A stretch of DNA of 64,000 nucleotides. Origin: Phoronis australis. Its lineage: Eukaryota > Animalia > Phoronida. Within the stretch, counting starts at the first letter, position 1, and the number at the start of each line of letters is the position of its first letter. The stretch lies in contig NMRA01000500.1 of assembly GCA_002633005.1 (NCBI GenBank), forward strand, positions 200,943 to 264,942. The letters are read 5' to 3'. Below the pieces are notes generated by a model. It ran no database searches, was not told where the DNA came from, and saw only the letters and a program-made list of their open reading frames with translations. This document shows positions 13,029 to 26,319 of this stretch, one piece after another. The translations under genes and the position numbers were made by a program.

Positions 13029-14229
13029 ACCGCTATGCACAAATTGAATGCTCAATACTCAAGTTATTTATCGATACCTGTAGATCCAACAGGAAAAACA
13101 ATATAATTTAAATTGGATTTTGAAGTATTCCCTTTTTTAAACATAATCATGTAATCTCCATCCTTCCTCGCGTTCGCTTAGTGACCTGACCGACATTCGG
13201 TTTTGCCTAGTTATTCAACAATGCACTGCAATTGAATACATTCGGGAACCAGGCATTGGCCTTGACATTAGTTTTCTAAAATGGCGAAGCACCACTGAAC
13301 ACTGATGAAACGAGTAAAGAAATTGTAACTTTAACTCATATTCTTGTGTTAATGTTTACAAAAAAGGTTGTATAGTAATGTGAATTACAAATTGCACAAA
13401 AAAGTTTAGTGAACAACAGACCAGTCTAGTTATCCAAGTAGCAGTCTGCATGAACTGTCAAGAAATGCAGAATTCAATTTCAACGTTTCCTAGAGCAACT
13501 TCAATTGGTGATTGAAGTATGTTAGAATGATACAAAACCCTTCATACACTGAGATAACACGATAAAACTTCATTGCAGTGCCAGGTCCCGCATACACTGC
13601 GACTATTCACCACCACGCTCCATTTGATACCTAGGCAATGGGGGGATCTCACTTCCCATACTCATGAGTGGCAACAGACTTTGCATCACATTGCTGGCAC
13701 TGGTATGGGACTATTGTGCATGAATTTGGAATCCTTCTTAATCTCAAGATCGTAAATACATGAGCTTGGAATACAATCTTGAGGACACTCAAAATAATCA
13801 CGTTCACATTGATTATAATTTGCACTGCAAATTAGCAAATTGCATGTTAATAAAATAATGTAAATTTTAACCAACCTCTTTTCAACTATTGGCGACCTTA
13901 TTCACTAAACAATATTCGGTGAGCAAGTTATTGCAAAGGAGAAAATGGATGATCATGTCAGCCATTGAATCAATAACAAAAATTCTTTACACTGAACAAA
14001 AAATTTCACCTGATTTCCTTAATGAATATTCAATCTTGAGATTACGCAAGATTCTAAGTTCACGCAAAGCAGAACAATTCACCACCTTTCGTTGAATCAG
14101 ACAGTCATAGCCTCACATAGGGACAGGGTTTTAGTAACTTTTACAATCTACGGTTGAATGAAACCCTGAGTGCAAGGGAAACATAAACAATTACGGTTCG
14201 ACGAAGAAAAAGGATGGAATAATTTTAAC

Positions 14230-14340
14230 CTGTGATGAATACTTTGAATTTCCCCAAAACCGCTGAAACATGGAACTGTTTGTCTGCTCTTCTTTTCTTT
14301 TTCTTGCTCGATATTCAGCAAGCCTAACTTCTGCCTCCAT
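14230..14340 (-). CDS. SAYSD1: First coding exon of a SAYSvFN-domain protein 1-like gene; downstream exon(s) not found (partial gene or pseudogene)
   Basis: MEAEVRLAEYRARKRKEEQ..MFQRFW..SSQ followed by CAG|GTTAAA; resembles the SAYSD1 N-terminus (MEQRLAEFRAARKR, from memory). No SAYSVFN-coding exon seen in the readable sequence. Confidence 0.55.
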
Positions 14341-17298
14341 TTTGTAAAACATAAAGAGAGGGCGCTCTATATGCCCTCTCAAAAACAAATGCTATGATAT
14401 TTATAACATGCTAAGTTTTATGTGTTGTTAAATTATAATACAAAAAGTTAGTCACTGCAATTAAATGCTCATTGAAGCTAATAATAATTGACTAAACTGC
14501 CAAAAAGTCAGATGCGGCTCTAAAGTTAGAGACTAGACCAACAAAGGTCAAGGTTGAGTTGCTGTCCCAAACGAGTTTGTTTACAGTTAACAGGTTGAAC
14601 AATAAAAGTTTTGCGAGATGTTCTCTGTTAACTTTCAAGGTCTTTGAAGGAGGTTAGTAGTTAAGCTTAGAAGTTGTAAACAATGCAAGCACTTGGCAAA
14701 ATCGTATAAACTTAGAAGTAAGGACAGGACACTCAGGAATCTAGCCTAGCAATTAGTCTTGGCTTGTCAAGTCAAAGCTGTATAGCCTGTATATAAATCT
14801 GTCATTGTTCGCTCGAGCTTCCCTCACCGGATGCCATTTCAAGGAAGTTGAAAAACAGTGCAAGGGACACGAATCTTACAAATTTCTCCTGATACCTTCT
14901 CATGTAATTATTTGTAAGTGTCCTGTGCCAGGTCGCGCGCTAATTTTTGCCTAACTCACACGACAACAGTTGAAATATTTTGTTCTTATTGCGCATGGTG
15001 AAAAAGCTAATGGCGACGAAAAAAGTGGAGTCGGAATTCTTCACCAAAGTCTTCTTAATTCCCATATACGTGTTCCATCGAAGCTAGGAATCAATATTGG
15101 TTCCTAGAAGATATGGTCCTGTATACAGAACCAGACAGGAACCCTGGAGAAAGTCTTATTGAGCTACTTGTTGTATGTTAATTTCATATAAATTGAATGA
15201 GAAATGCTACAGGTAGCAGTGGCGGATCTATGGGGGGAGTTCAGGGGGTTTAAACCCCCCCCTTGGGCCAGAATAAAAAAAAACAAAAACGTCTCCTGCA
15301 AAACAAAAACAGTACAGACATCATGTATAAACCCCAAATAAACCAACTTGGAAAAAATTGAGGGGGGTTCAGTCCTCTGGTATTAAAGTACTTGCATTTT
15401 GTTGAACTGTACTCTTGTGAAAAAGAACAGTGGTTTGAAGATAGTTATCTCTTGGAGCTGGGAATAAATTTTGATTGAAGATATTCGGAAAGCCAACAAG
15501 CCTAGCAAATTCAATTTTACCTGCTAGAACTTTGACCCTTTGCTCTTGGAATTCCTGTTTCCAGTGCAATAAACTTGGCTAAGCCTTATTTACCGTCAGT
15601 TGCCACCCCTGTTTTTATGGTCAAGGAGGTCACATCTTGGATGTTTTCATGTTAGGCATCATAATTTAATGAACCTGAACAATTGGAAAAATAAACCAAG
15701 TTAAGATTTCATGGAGTATGAGAACATTGTCTTTTAAACCTTCATAGTTTGCAGTGAATACAAGTCATCTTCGTGCACACTGCAGGTTTCGCTTGTCAGA
15801 AATGTGTTGGGTGTGTAAACAAGGTTTAGTAATAAAACCAAGTGGTTCTGGTTTTTGTAGATTTTTTTCTTTAAATTCTTGTATCTTGTGTTGGTTGTGT
15901 ATTCAATGATTAGTTTTGCACAAAATGAAAAGCCTCTTAGTACTTTGACTTGGTGTGGATTTCCTTTGTTGGGTGATTCGATTCTGCTCCCTTGGCACTG
16001 AATATGTGCCATGTATTGAAAAAATAGATTGTCCATGAGATGTCCTGTGACTCCAATGTTTCTGTTGGTCTTAAAACTTTGAGAAGAACTGGTCCTTTTG
16101 TTATATAGTGTAGAATGAGAGACTGTGGCTGATTATAGCTATGGTAAGTGTCGGTTTCGACAAAGTGGACGTTTTTAATGCATTGCAGAAGATGATAGAG
16201 AACAAACTTTCCCTACTGACAATAGTACCTTCTGGCTGCAACTCAAAAATGGATTCACTTTCCACATTTGAAAATCCACTTTATTGTTTTGAAAATCAAT
16301 TCTGTAAAGCAAATCATGAGTTGCCCCTAGCCCGAAGGTTAATTGAAAATTTTCTAAGACAGAGTGTGGGTTCCAGGCGCAGCACTGGGTGTTTATCCCA
16401 TTGGGGATGTATCTTTTAGATGCTCACATTTTCAAAGAGTAAATCCACTTGAGACTAGCACAAATGATGTGTGATTGTAATATCAACCACTAAGTAAATA
16501 CTTTATCGAGTTCTATGCCATGGCTATCATCACAGAATAATTTGAAAAGTTTAAAATAGAGTTAGGAGCCTTTAAAAATGAGAAAGTTCAAGTAGTGCTT
16601 ACAATTTGCCCGAGGTCATTAAGATTTCATGGACAGTAATTATTTTACACAATATAATAACTATTCAGAAACTGTATTGAGTTGTGTAAATTGATTTAGA
16701 AATTGTTGCACATTTTTGTGGGTTCAGTTAATCATATAATTATTCCTCAGAATGTAGTCTGGCTGGGTGGCATTACGTGTAGTCTCCTTGTGATCTTAGC
16801 CTTAGGTTAGTGCACAAAAAGTGTAAGGACCCTGTCTGCTTACTCTTGCCAAGTCCAAAGGGACCACTTATGATCACATGAGTCTTAGGGCACTTTGCTT
16901 CTCCTCTCCATAGACCCATTTTATTCATATGTGGATCTGTTGGCTTTCGAGGAACCTGGGAAATCTTCTACCTTTGTGTTCAGGAATGGTGTATAGCAAG
17001 GATATTACACAGTACCTCGAAACGTACATGACTTTTGTTTAATTGCAAACTGGCTGTCATGTTGCCAGAGGTTGATTTAATATGTACTGGGTCATTGCAT
17101 GTTGTCAATAATCTGATATGTATAGGTGGCTACTAGGTAAATTGATTATGATAACACAATGCTTGCCAGCTGTCTTATGGGCCAGAAACAGCGTGCAAGG
17201 CTTTCTTCCTGAATATTTGATATCTCTTTTGGTTAAAATTGATCAGAGGTGGTTTCATTATTGCTCTGGAAGGTTTGGCCTTGACTCGTGGTGGAGAA

Positions 17299-17355
17299 AT
17301 GGCATCAGGTTATACAACTATCATCTATGTGACACATCATGAGAGCTCAAGTGAG
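17299..17355 (+). CDS. FRMD8: Candidate upstream coding exon of FRMD8 (MASGYTTIIYVTHHESSSE, phase 0)
   Basis: GAAATGG start context and GAG|GTAATG donor; frame-compatible with exon 23575-23728. No homology support. Confidence 0.3.
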
Positions 17356-19163
17356 GTAATGGATCTTAACCTTCTGTGTATGGTTAACTTGGTGATTGTT
17401 ATATGCTGTGGAATTTTGTTAAGTTCAAGTATGTGGAATATTTACGTAATGTGGGCAATGTACTAAAGGCTTACCTTTTAAAACGGAGTCATCTAATAGT
17501 TCTCAGACTGCTGCATAGTTGTCACTTTTGATGGCACCATATCGTTTTTGATGCTTCGTCCTGTATACCGCCACATCATCAGAATGTCCTGCTTTTGAAA
17601 TACGCAGTGATATTTACATAATCACGCCATGTGCGCGGCTACATTTTTCTTGCTTCTCCACACTATATACCAATATAAAGCCCTATTTCCAAGTTTCATT
17701 TCACAAACACGGTACACAAAGTGCCATCAGTATGTCGTTAGTGGCGGTTGCGGTAGGCTTCAACTTGCAGTATTCTAGAAACAGGTGTACTGCTTTTTCA
17801 TTTTGAAATGTGGGCAACTTAATGCCACTTCATTAGCGTTTATTGAACAGTCGTACTACGGTATATGCTTAATTAGTCGATAAAGCTGGTCAACAAGAAT
17901 TCGGCCTCCAACGCGAAACCTTGAAACAAATGCACCTGAAGATATTTCGCAATTAAGGGGTCTGGCGAAGTCAGATGCTTGCAGAACAATCAAAAAAAAT
18001 ATTTTTAAAAAGCCATGTGAATGCAAATATGAAATTGTTATGTTAGGCTTGTATTATCATCCTACGCTGTTGCCGGCTACTTCATTTAGTGGTTTAAATT
18101 TGGTGTCGTGCGCACAAGTCATAAATAAACGTGCCCCCATCTTCCTTGAGTAGCCTGAATACAGGTTGGTAGCACATAGGGACTTCTCGTGTTCAGTTTT
18201 ACTAAAAGCTCATATGTGCATTAGACGATTTCTTCTTTGTCTCTACCATGATTACTAGATATGGTGATACACATTGAAAAATGGTGCAAAGCATGACTCG
18301 TATTTGTACCTCATCTAGAAAAAACCTACCCAAATCATGCACTATCCTGTTTAGCGACTTCTAAATGTCACGCCAGTATTCATTTCATACTGAGAATTAT
18401 TGGACTGAATCTCATTTCAAGCAAAAATAGTTATCTCCCATTTTTAAAGCTATTTAACTTCAACGCCCCAAATATGTACCAAATTAGGCAAAATGATAAG
18501 AGAAATGACCCAAGTCTATACCAGAAATTTTGGTAAAATTTACCAAACATTCGCGATGAGTCGGGGAACTTGGTGGTGGCTGCAACGTATATACCATTTT
18601 AGCTTATAGCTAAATACTACGCTTCGCAAAAAATTGGACAAGAGACAACCAAATTTGTACAACAAGGAAACGTGGGTCAAAACCAACCAAACAAACTAAC
18701 GAATTTAAACTCAGCCCTTGGTATCAATTGGTTTCAAGGACAATATGGTGGCCATTCAGGAGTCATACGTGAACTGAGACTGGAGAACTCTGTTAATGGA
18801 AATAAACAAGAATGGTCGTTGATTTTATGATTTTAGCCAAGATACAGAATTGCACCGAAAAGCTTGTTTTATAGTGCTCACAAAAAAGAAAACGTACTTA
18901 TTACTTAATTTGACATACATTTTCAAGTGTTTGAACTAGAATAACCCTTGCGATAAGGTCTTTAAGCAAAGTATTACAAACTCTTATAAACAATAATCTA
19001 TGAGTGACCCAATCTCAAGCATTTTGGTCAACTTAGATGTATTTGTGCTGGTGGGCCTTGGATGGTGTAATTATTGTTGTCTAGTCAGGGTTTTTTTACT
19101 GGCAATGTAAAAACTCATGTTCTTGTTTTTCCATAATTTACCAAGTTTGCTTATCACTACCCC

Positions 19164-19306
19164 AGGGCCCTCATTCTCCTGAGGGTAAAGGTCCCTTATT
19201 CTTTCTGAATAGAGATTTTTATGGTGAGGGAAAATCCCCCAGGTTACTATTTTTAGAAGAGAATGTTGTCAATATCTGGAATCAAAATTGAGGCATTGAG
19301 GGCCCT
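19164..19306. mobile_element. short MITE-like element
   Basis: Terminal inverted repeat AGGGCCCTCA... / ...TGAGGGCCCT. Confidence 0.45.
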
Positions 19307-19748
19307 ATAAACTTACGATGTTTGTTGAAATTGAAACTTACAGAAATGGCACCTGAAGTCAGATATGTTAAGGTTGGTGCAAATTGACCTACCGTAGTCA
19401 GTGGATTCTATAAGATTCAAAAAAATATAATTAATTTTAGCACATAGAGCAAATCCCTTGAGTGCAGCTTGAAAATCAGAATACCGACTCATCGAGAGAA
19501 AATAAGGTAATCTATTTGTGGGGAGCTCACATGAAAATTTCACCCTTTCATGGATTTTTTTTTCAAAAAACATCACCTTTTATATAGATAATTTCTTAAA
19601 CTCGACCCTTTCGTAGCTGTTAGTACTTTAAAAGTATAAAACAGTATGAGAGATGTCATGTTGTCCAAACGGATCAGTTCTCAAGTTGCATCCAAGCTTT
19701 TTTGTATAGATGATATTCAAACTTTTCTGCAGATTTTTTTAATAATTG

Positions 19749-19975
19749 CAGGTGGTCTGATACACATTGTACCAAACGTGCATGGGCCGCTTAGTAGGTG
19801 GGCCCATTGCACTGATCACCTGGAACCATTTTTATGCTTTATCAATATATGGTTAAAACCCAGCTCAGAGCTAGAAATCTGACTCGAGGGTTTAGCAGTG
19901 ATCCAGTGGGACTCAACCCACGACCTCAAAGTAAAGAAAGTGGTCACCTATCACATTAGGTCACACTGCCTCCTC
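19749..19975 (-). mobile_element. tRNA-derived SINE, diverged copy of 9421-9627
   Basis: Collinear similarity, CAGGTGGTCTGATACAC..GGGTTTAGCAGTG..CACACTGCCTCCT. Confidence 0.8.
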
Positions 19976-20153
19976 AGTGTCTGCAGATTTTAGTACTTGA
20001 AAAACAAGCTCTTCCACATGGAATTAAATAAAACGACACCCTCTCTTCAGAAACTGTGTTGGAATTAAAAGGCATCCTTTCTTCGGAAATTATGTTAGAA
20101 AAGGAAATTCTTTGGATGTTATCACAATTTCATTGAAAAGGTCTCTCATCTAA

Positions 20154-20546
20154 AGTCCCGTCCACACACAGCCTATCCTAGAACAACTTGCACTAATGCA
20201 GTTTACCCCACTTTTATAAGTGGAGCATCCACGCACACTCAATCAGGTAATTTTTTGTGTGTGGCGCTGTGCAGCTTATGCATACACAACATGCAAAAGA
20301 AGACACGTCTATATAACTGCAGCTGATTATTACTTCAGCGTAACACTCTACTTTTGTAGCTACGCAGCGATTACAAGTGGCGTAAGTTACCTTAGAACAG
20401 GTTACCCATTTTGACATGGTGGAGTAAGTAGCCACAAGTGGGTTAAGTTGCACTAGTTTAAGTAGTGTCCATACAGCCTCCAAACCCAGCGACACCTTGT
20501 TCCAGAAGTAACTTGTCCTAGGGTACGTCTGTGTGTGGACAGCACT
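20154..20546. mobile_element. PIF/Harbinger-type MITE (TAA TSD)
   Basis: TAA|AGTCCCGTCCACACACAG...CTGTGTGTGGACAGCACT|TAA; TIR matches 16/18. Confidence 0.75.
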
Positions 20547-21851
20547 TAAGTAAACATCCAGCTTTGACCTCTTATATAGGAGTAACCCCCTCTCTCCAGG
20601 TTCTGTTGCCTAAATTGTATCCCCTGTTGAAGTGACTCAGAGTCACTGATGCCTGAAGGGCCAGTGGAAATAGTCAAACAATCTAAATGTCAACCTTAAG
20701 TTCATTGTCCTCTTCATTGAACTTTGATGATATGTGGGTGTTAAGCAATAGTTGTAGGGCACAAGAAATATACGTATACAGTATTCATATTTCTTACTGT
20801 CAGGTGGTTCTCTTGTGTCAAGATTCAGGTGAGACATATGGTGTGTCAAGTGGCAGAATAAATGAATCTTCCACTTTCTGTAAGTTTTTGTTGGATTTAG
20901 ACTGCAATAGTTTGACACTGATTTACACACCAACACCACATTTTCCTCTGTTTTGTAGAGTTTCAGTGAGTGGGAAAACTTAACTCCTAGACTTGATTTT
21001 TTTTGAGAAATTTGACCAAATAACATAAATTCAGTTGTACGTCGTATAGTGTGTGCTAAATAGGTCAAGAATTACCATAAGCCTATAAAAGACCAAATAA
21101 TTGAAGAATTGACATGATTTTAGAATTATATGTTAAGCCTTCAAGATCTGATACTGAATATATTTTAGAGAAAACTCTATTGGTAATTGGTGTTTTGAAG
21201 ACACTACTGTTCTGAAACATGATAAATAGACATAAATAGCTTATGGGAATTTTGAAGCAATGCTCTTTGGCCCTAACAGCTGTTTAGGTGTTGAGATATA
21301 AATAATGCAATTTGTTAGACGGTCATGTTTACTTAGTTTATCTAAAGCCTTCTTAAATTTTTTTTCTGGTTTATTTTTCAACGTAATGGAAATTTTTTTA
21401 GCAACAATATTACCAAAAAATAACTCCATTTTTTACAAAATAGTAAACCCACAACCCTATTGAGATATAAAGCAGAGAACGTGCACAAAGACTAGGACAT
21501 AAGGAAATAAGGACTTTTGTAGTCAAGACACCTGTGGTTTTGTCTTTGGAAGCAGATAGTCTTCAAGTTCATTTGTTGACTCCAGTTGTCAAGGCAGTTA
21601 TTAGGCTCGGAAATGACAAAAACTGGTCGCCTGCTTTGTTTGGGTCCTTGTCAGGTAGAGGTTTGAAGTAATTGATTTATGTCAGTTAAAACTACTCATA
21701 CATAGTAAATTAATTAAATAGAAATTAGAATTAATCGTTAAATGCTACTTACTGTAAACATCAGATTTTTAGAGATGACGAGGATTTAAATTATTTGCAT
21801 CTCAATGGGATGTTTTTAAAATCTATTGTATTTTATCCTCTATAAATACAG

Positions 21852-21894
21852 TTTATTATTGTTGTTATTGTTATTGTTGTTATTGTTATTATTA
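21852..21894. repeat. (TTA/TTG)n low-complexity repeat
   Basis: Directly visible. Confidence 0.8.
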
Positions 21895-23574
21895 TGAATA
21901 TACTGTTAGACAAGAATCTGCCTGTGTTCCTGCTTCGAAAGAAATTCAGGAAAGCTATTATTGTCACATGTGTCAATGGTTTATTTTTATTGGTTGATAA
22001 AGCTTAAAATCAGTCAAGTCATGTGAAATCTTATTGTGAGAGCACACAGTGAACTTCTGACCACTGAAGAAAAACACCAAAAGCTGTGTTCTCTAGAACT
22101 GACTAACCAAGAGGCAACTTACCTCTATCACATGAGAAACCCAACTCAGCCAGAGCGTTAAGACAAATACAATGAGAAGAAATTGGTAGATGCCTGTATG
22201 TCATAGGAAGTGCATGGCATTATTCTTCAGTTTGGGACAGTCTCTAAAATTTGGGGCACTGAAATTCAATCCAGAACTTAATTTTCTTGATTCTAAAGAT
22301 TGGGACATGGGTAATTTGGTGCACTGAATTTTGTATCAACAATGTCTGAGATAAAATCGTTGAAAATAGCCGCTAATACCAAATTTGTCTTTGTGATTCT
22401 GGGGCGACCAATATTGTTGATCTTGAGCAAAATAACCAATTTTTCTCAGTCTTAAATTCAGAAATTTTTACCGTAAGTGCCGGTATGCGAGCATGCCACC
22501 ACTGAAGCGCCATAGGTATGCCTTGACACTGCATCTGTCTACTAGAACCAGCTGCGCTGAGCTAAGTTGATCAATTGATCGCTCTACCTTGAAAAGGTAG
22601 TGGTAATCTGTCACCTCCTCAGTAATGTCCAGTTACCCCAGTTTTGTCCACTAAGGTCATTTCCTCCTGATCATCTTGTTCTTGGGACAACAATTTATTG
22701 CACTGGAGGGACTCCCTGTTTTTAATACACATTATGCTATATATTTACACTGCCTTTCAAGGTAAATTACTTTTGTGGCCCACATCTTAATGAACTTGCT
22801 GCCAGTTTTCTAAATGCAGATATTTGTCTCAATCCACTTTGCACAAAGTGGGTCAATTGTTGACTTCTTAGGAATTGTAACAATGGGTATATCAGGGTAT
22901 TGATGACTGCTCAACATTTGTGTTTATTTGCCAGACATACATTGATTGTGATCATATACAAGCAACTTTCATTTAGAAGATTTTTGTGTGTTGATCCTTA
23001 TTACTGGAAGATGTCTGTGAGTAAGATAGATAAGAAAGATCTGGTTATTCATTGAACCTGGACTAGTAGATGTTTTGTAACAAGGTGGAGCACGCTTTTT
23101 CATGTGCCGTCTCAAATTACACCGTCTTTACTGTAATTTCACTTCCATTGATGAGTGCAGTCCATATTGTTGGTATGGTGTCCTTTGGTAACAGAATGAA
23201 TTTTTCTGATTAATGTCTGTTGTGAGTATAATCTGTATTTTGTATGTTAGGAAGAGGGATATGTACCCAGTAAACCAGTCTTGCCGCAAGTCCTTTGCGG
23301 CATGTTGGCTTATAGTGAATATGTTATGTGCTTTGGTGTCGTTTTTGAACATTTGATTATTTAAGTTCCTTCGTAGCACAACCAAGTCATTTTATACAGC
23401 AGTTATTTTGTTCTAATAGTGGGCACATGTACAAGTTCGAGGGCTTAATCCTAGCAAAACTCGTATAGCATTGACGTACTCACGCGTGATCTTACTAAAT
23501 TCGCAAGGCACTCACCATAATGGACAAATCCCAGACTGGTAGATACACTATGTGTACAAGTGGTTCCATTTCAG

Positions 23575-23728
23575 GCCATCACCTCAAGCACTGCGGATCT
23601 CATTCATGGTATGGAAGTTGAGCATCAGGCAGACGATGTTCCTCTGACCCCGAGTAACACGGACAAGGTTCATTACGCTGCTGACAATATTACGTTTGTC
23701 TTCGTTGAGAACCCTGGGCTTGAACTAT
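23575..23728 (+). CDS. FRMD8: Candidate upstream coding exon of FRMD8 (AITSSTADLIHGMEVEHQADDVPLTPSNTDKVHYAADNITFVFVENPGLEL)
   Basis: TTTCAG acceptor, open frame, internal ATG at 23611, and T|GTAAGT phase-1 donor that joins in frame (T+CT=Ser) to the exon starting at 33336. Confidence 0.5.
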
Positions 23729-24083
23729 GTAAGTACTAGACTTGACTTAAAGGGGCACTTCACTGTTGTCTTTGGTTTGTGTTTGTTGTTTGGAAATGAT
23801 CATTGTATGTCAAGATGCCTTTTATTAGTGCAACACACAATAAATGCCTATTGCCTATTGCATTAGTACAGCGTACATTCTGAGAGGTGCTATCCCTTTT
23901 CGAAAAATGCCCTGCTGGAAATTTGCTGTGATGTAGCATTTGCACAAGTTTGGATTTTACCTCACATAGGCTTGCAAGCCATTGTAATGAATCATAGATT
24001 TGGTTTTGGTGTACTTTCAGCCAATAACATTTAAGACTCGTTAAAAGTCAAATCCAATGGTGAATAGGAAACTAACCCATTAA

Positions 24084-25836
24084 AGGAGAATGCCACCCAA
24101 AAATCAACCTATTTTGTATCAATTTAGATCGAGTAGTTCTACTCCTTAACGGCACGTTCGGTTGCGTTACCTAACACCTGACGGCAGACGGAGGTGTTGA
24201 AATTATCCAATGACATAATTGGTTTCACACGTAGTCTGTTCAGCAGTTCACAACACGGGTTACTGGTGTCAACTTATCGCTTGAATTCATCGTTTAACAC
24301 CAATAAATCATCAAACTTCGATGTAAAACCCTTAAAAATACATCGAGTTCTTATAAAAACATGTTGTTTTATTTCGCTGTTACGGATTTATTGGTATTTG
24401 GACACACCGTAGCGTACAAAGTTCGGCAATTTACCAAGGTCCATAGCAGGAGTTTGGGCAGTGCTGTAGTGGGGCGTAAGTGCACGTAGGCGTAGCCAAC
24501 CACCTTTGGGCATTTGAACATAGCTCCTACGCACCGTAAGTTACGTTCAGTGCTCAAAGTGATGCAGTGGGCTTTGGGTGCCTGCTTACCTCTAATTTTA
24601 CCACTACAGCACTGAGTTTGGGGTCTGTTCGGAGATAAATTCGAATTATTCTTCCGTGAAATACAGACAGGAGAACCTAGATCTGTGTTGTTTATACTTG
24701 TGATTTTTTTAGTTCTAAACACACAAAACACTTGTTATCCTGGCCGGTGGCTCGGAACCCGATCACTACTGGGCCTGGCGTCGCGGTTGGGACTGGCACG
24801 AACAACCAGCTTGAGTTGGAAACTAAACCTCCAGTCACGAAAAGACTATAATAGTGAGCCAAAGAAATAATGTGCACGTAATTATTTATGTGAATTAGCC
24901 ACGAAACTGAAAATCTACTTACTTGTCGGGGGCCGGCGAAGTCGGGTTCCCCTTCTGCACACTGTCAGAGCAAAGGTTGTACAGTAACTATGATTTGAAT
25001 AATGTATTTGTATTTCTAAATAAAGATTCCCCTAACATGTGACCATAGCATATAAAATCGAGTAATTGTTTCACAACAGCTTTCTGTCAGCAAACACTGA
25101 ATTAGCATGCACTCACACAGCCTCGGTGCCCCCGGTCAATTACCTTTGTTGCCGCCATCAAAAGCCGGTAACGCAGAGGTTTATTCAGTGCTGGCTTCTC
25201 AAAACATTTGCACTTCAAGGCATTACAAACTATCTAATGAGACAGACTTTGTTTCAGTTTCATATAAGCATTGGTTAGGATGAGAATAATTCATTTTGAA
25301 ACAGAACGCAGAATAATAAACGTCTACATGGCAACTCGCCCTGCGCCAATCCTGACTTAGACAAGAGCTCATCCGACGAAGACTTCACGGGTCAGATCAT
25401 TAGGTGTCACAGGCAACGGAACGTATGGATAGTTCTTTGGTAAGCCGGAATTCGTCAGAGAAATCACTGTCGACAAAATGCCGGCCACAGACACGGAGAT
25501 GTTTCAATGGCCTCATACTTGCTATTAACAGCATACCTTTCATTCTTCACTACCGCGAGCCACTTCCTAAGCATTTCGGGCTCTCGAGGAAGTCGAAAAA
25601 ACGATATACTCACTTTCTTCACAGCTTCATAATTCGGACAAGCGAGAACGATGCACCGCAATATAGCGGCATTCACTCTGCAGACGAACCACTGACGTCG
25701 CTGCATCGTTTCGCACCATCCTCTCAGGTTAATGCGACACCTCTTGGCAAGGTGGGGTCGACCATATAAGAGGCAATGTGGATATAGACCGATTAAGATG
25801 GTAAAAAAGACTAATTAAATCGGGTGGCATTCTCCT
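24084..25836 (-). mobile_element. Non-autonomous Kolobok-like DNA transposon, copy 2
   Basis: TTAA|AGGAGAATGCCACCC...GGGTGGCATTCTCCT|TTAA (perfect 15-bp TIR). THAP remnant at 25440-25706 (-): CIVLACPN..FFRLPREPEMLRKWL. Collinear with 10159-11829. Confidence 0.9.
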
Positions 25837-26319
25837 TTAATACTGTGTCTGGCTCTTAATTAGAAAATTTCCAATTCACCCTTCTCAATAATATTCACAA
25901 AGCCAAAACGTATAGCTTGTTCTGGTTTGTGTTTTTCTTAAAATCGAGTTGGTAATGCAGAGTTTTTAGTGGACTCATTTTTCAAAAAAAATCCACCTGA
26001 GATGGGCAAAAATAATCTGGTCTTGTTTTTTTTTACTCATTGCTTGGCCAAATATGCATTTCAAACCTTCCTTACGTGCCTTGGTGCGGCTTTTCAGAAA
26101 CAAAAAAACACGACCTTGGTCCGAAATTGATGTGCTCAGTTGCTGTTTTCTTTTCTAGTCTGTGAGCGCAGGTCTCAAAAGGATTCGGAGTGAAGAGCAA
26201 AACCAACTTTAGCTTCTTTTTGACCTGACGAGACCTATTTAGTTAGTAAAATTGGTGATAAAACAAAAAATTGTTTTGCTTTGTTTTGGTTTGGTTATTT
26301 TGTGTTCTTTCCTTTGGAG

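Noticed and set aside
12264-13111. Long ORFs in the ORF track (also 1648-2098)
   Set aside because: Artefacts of N runs.
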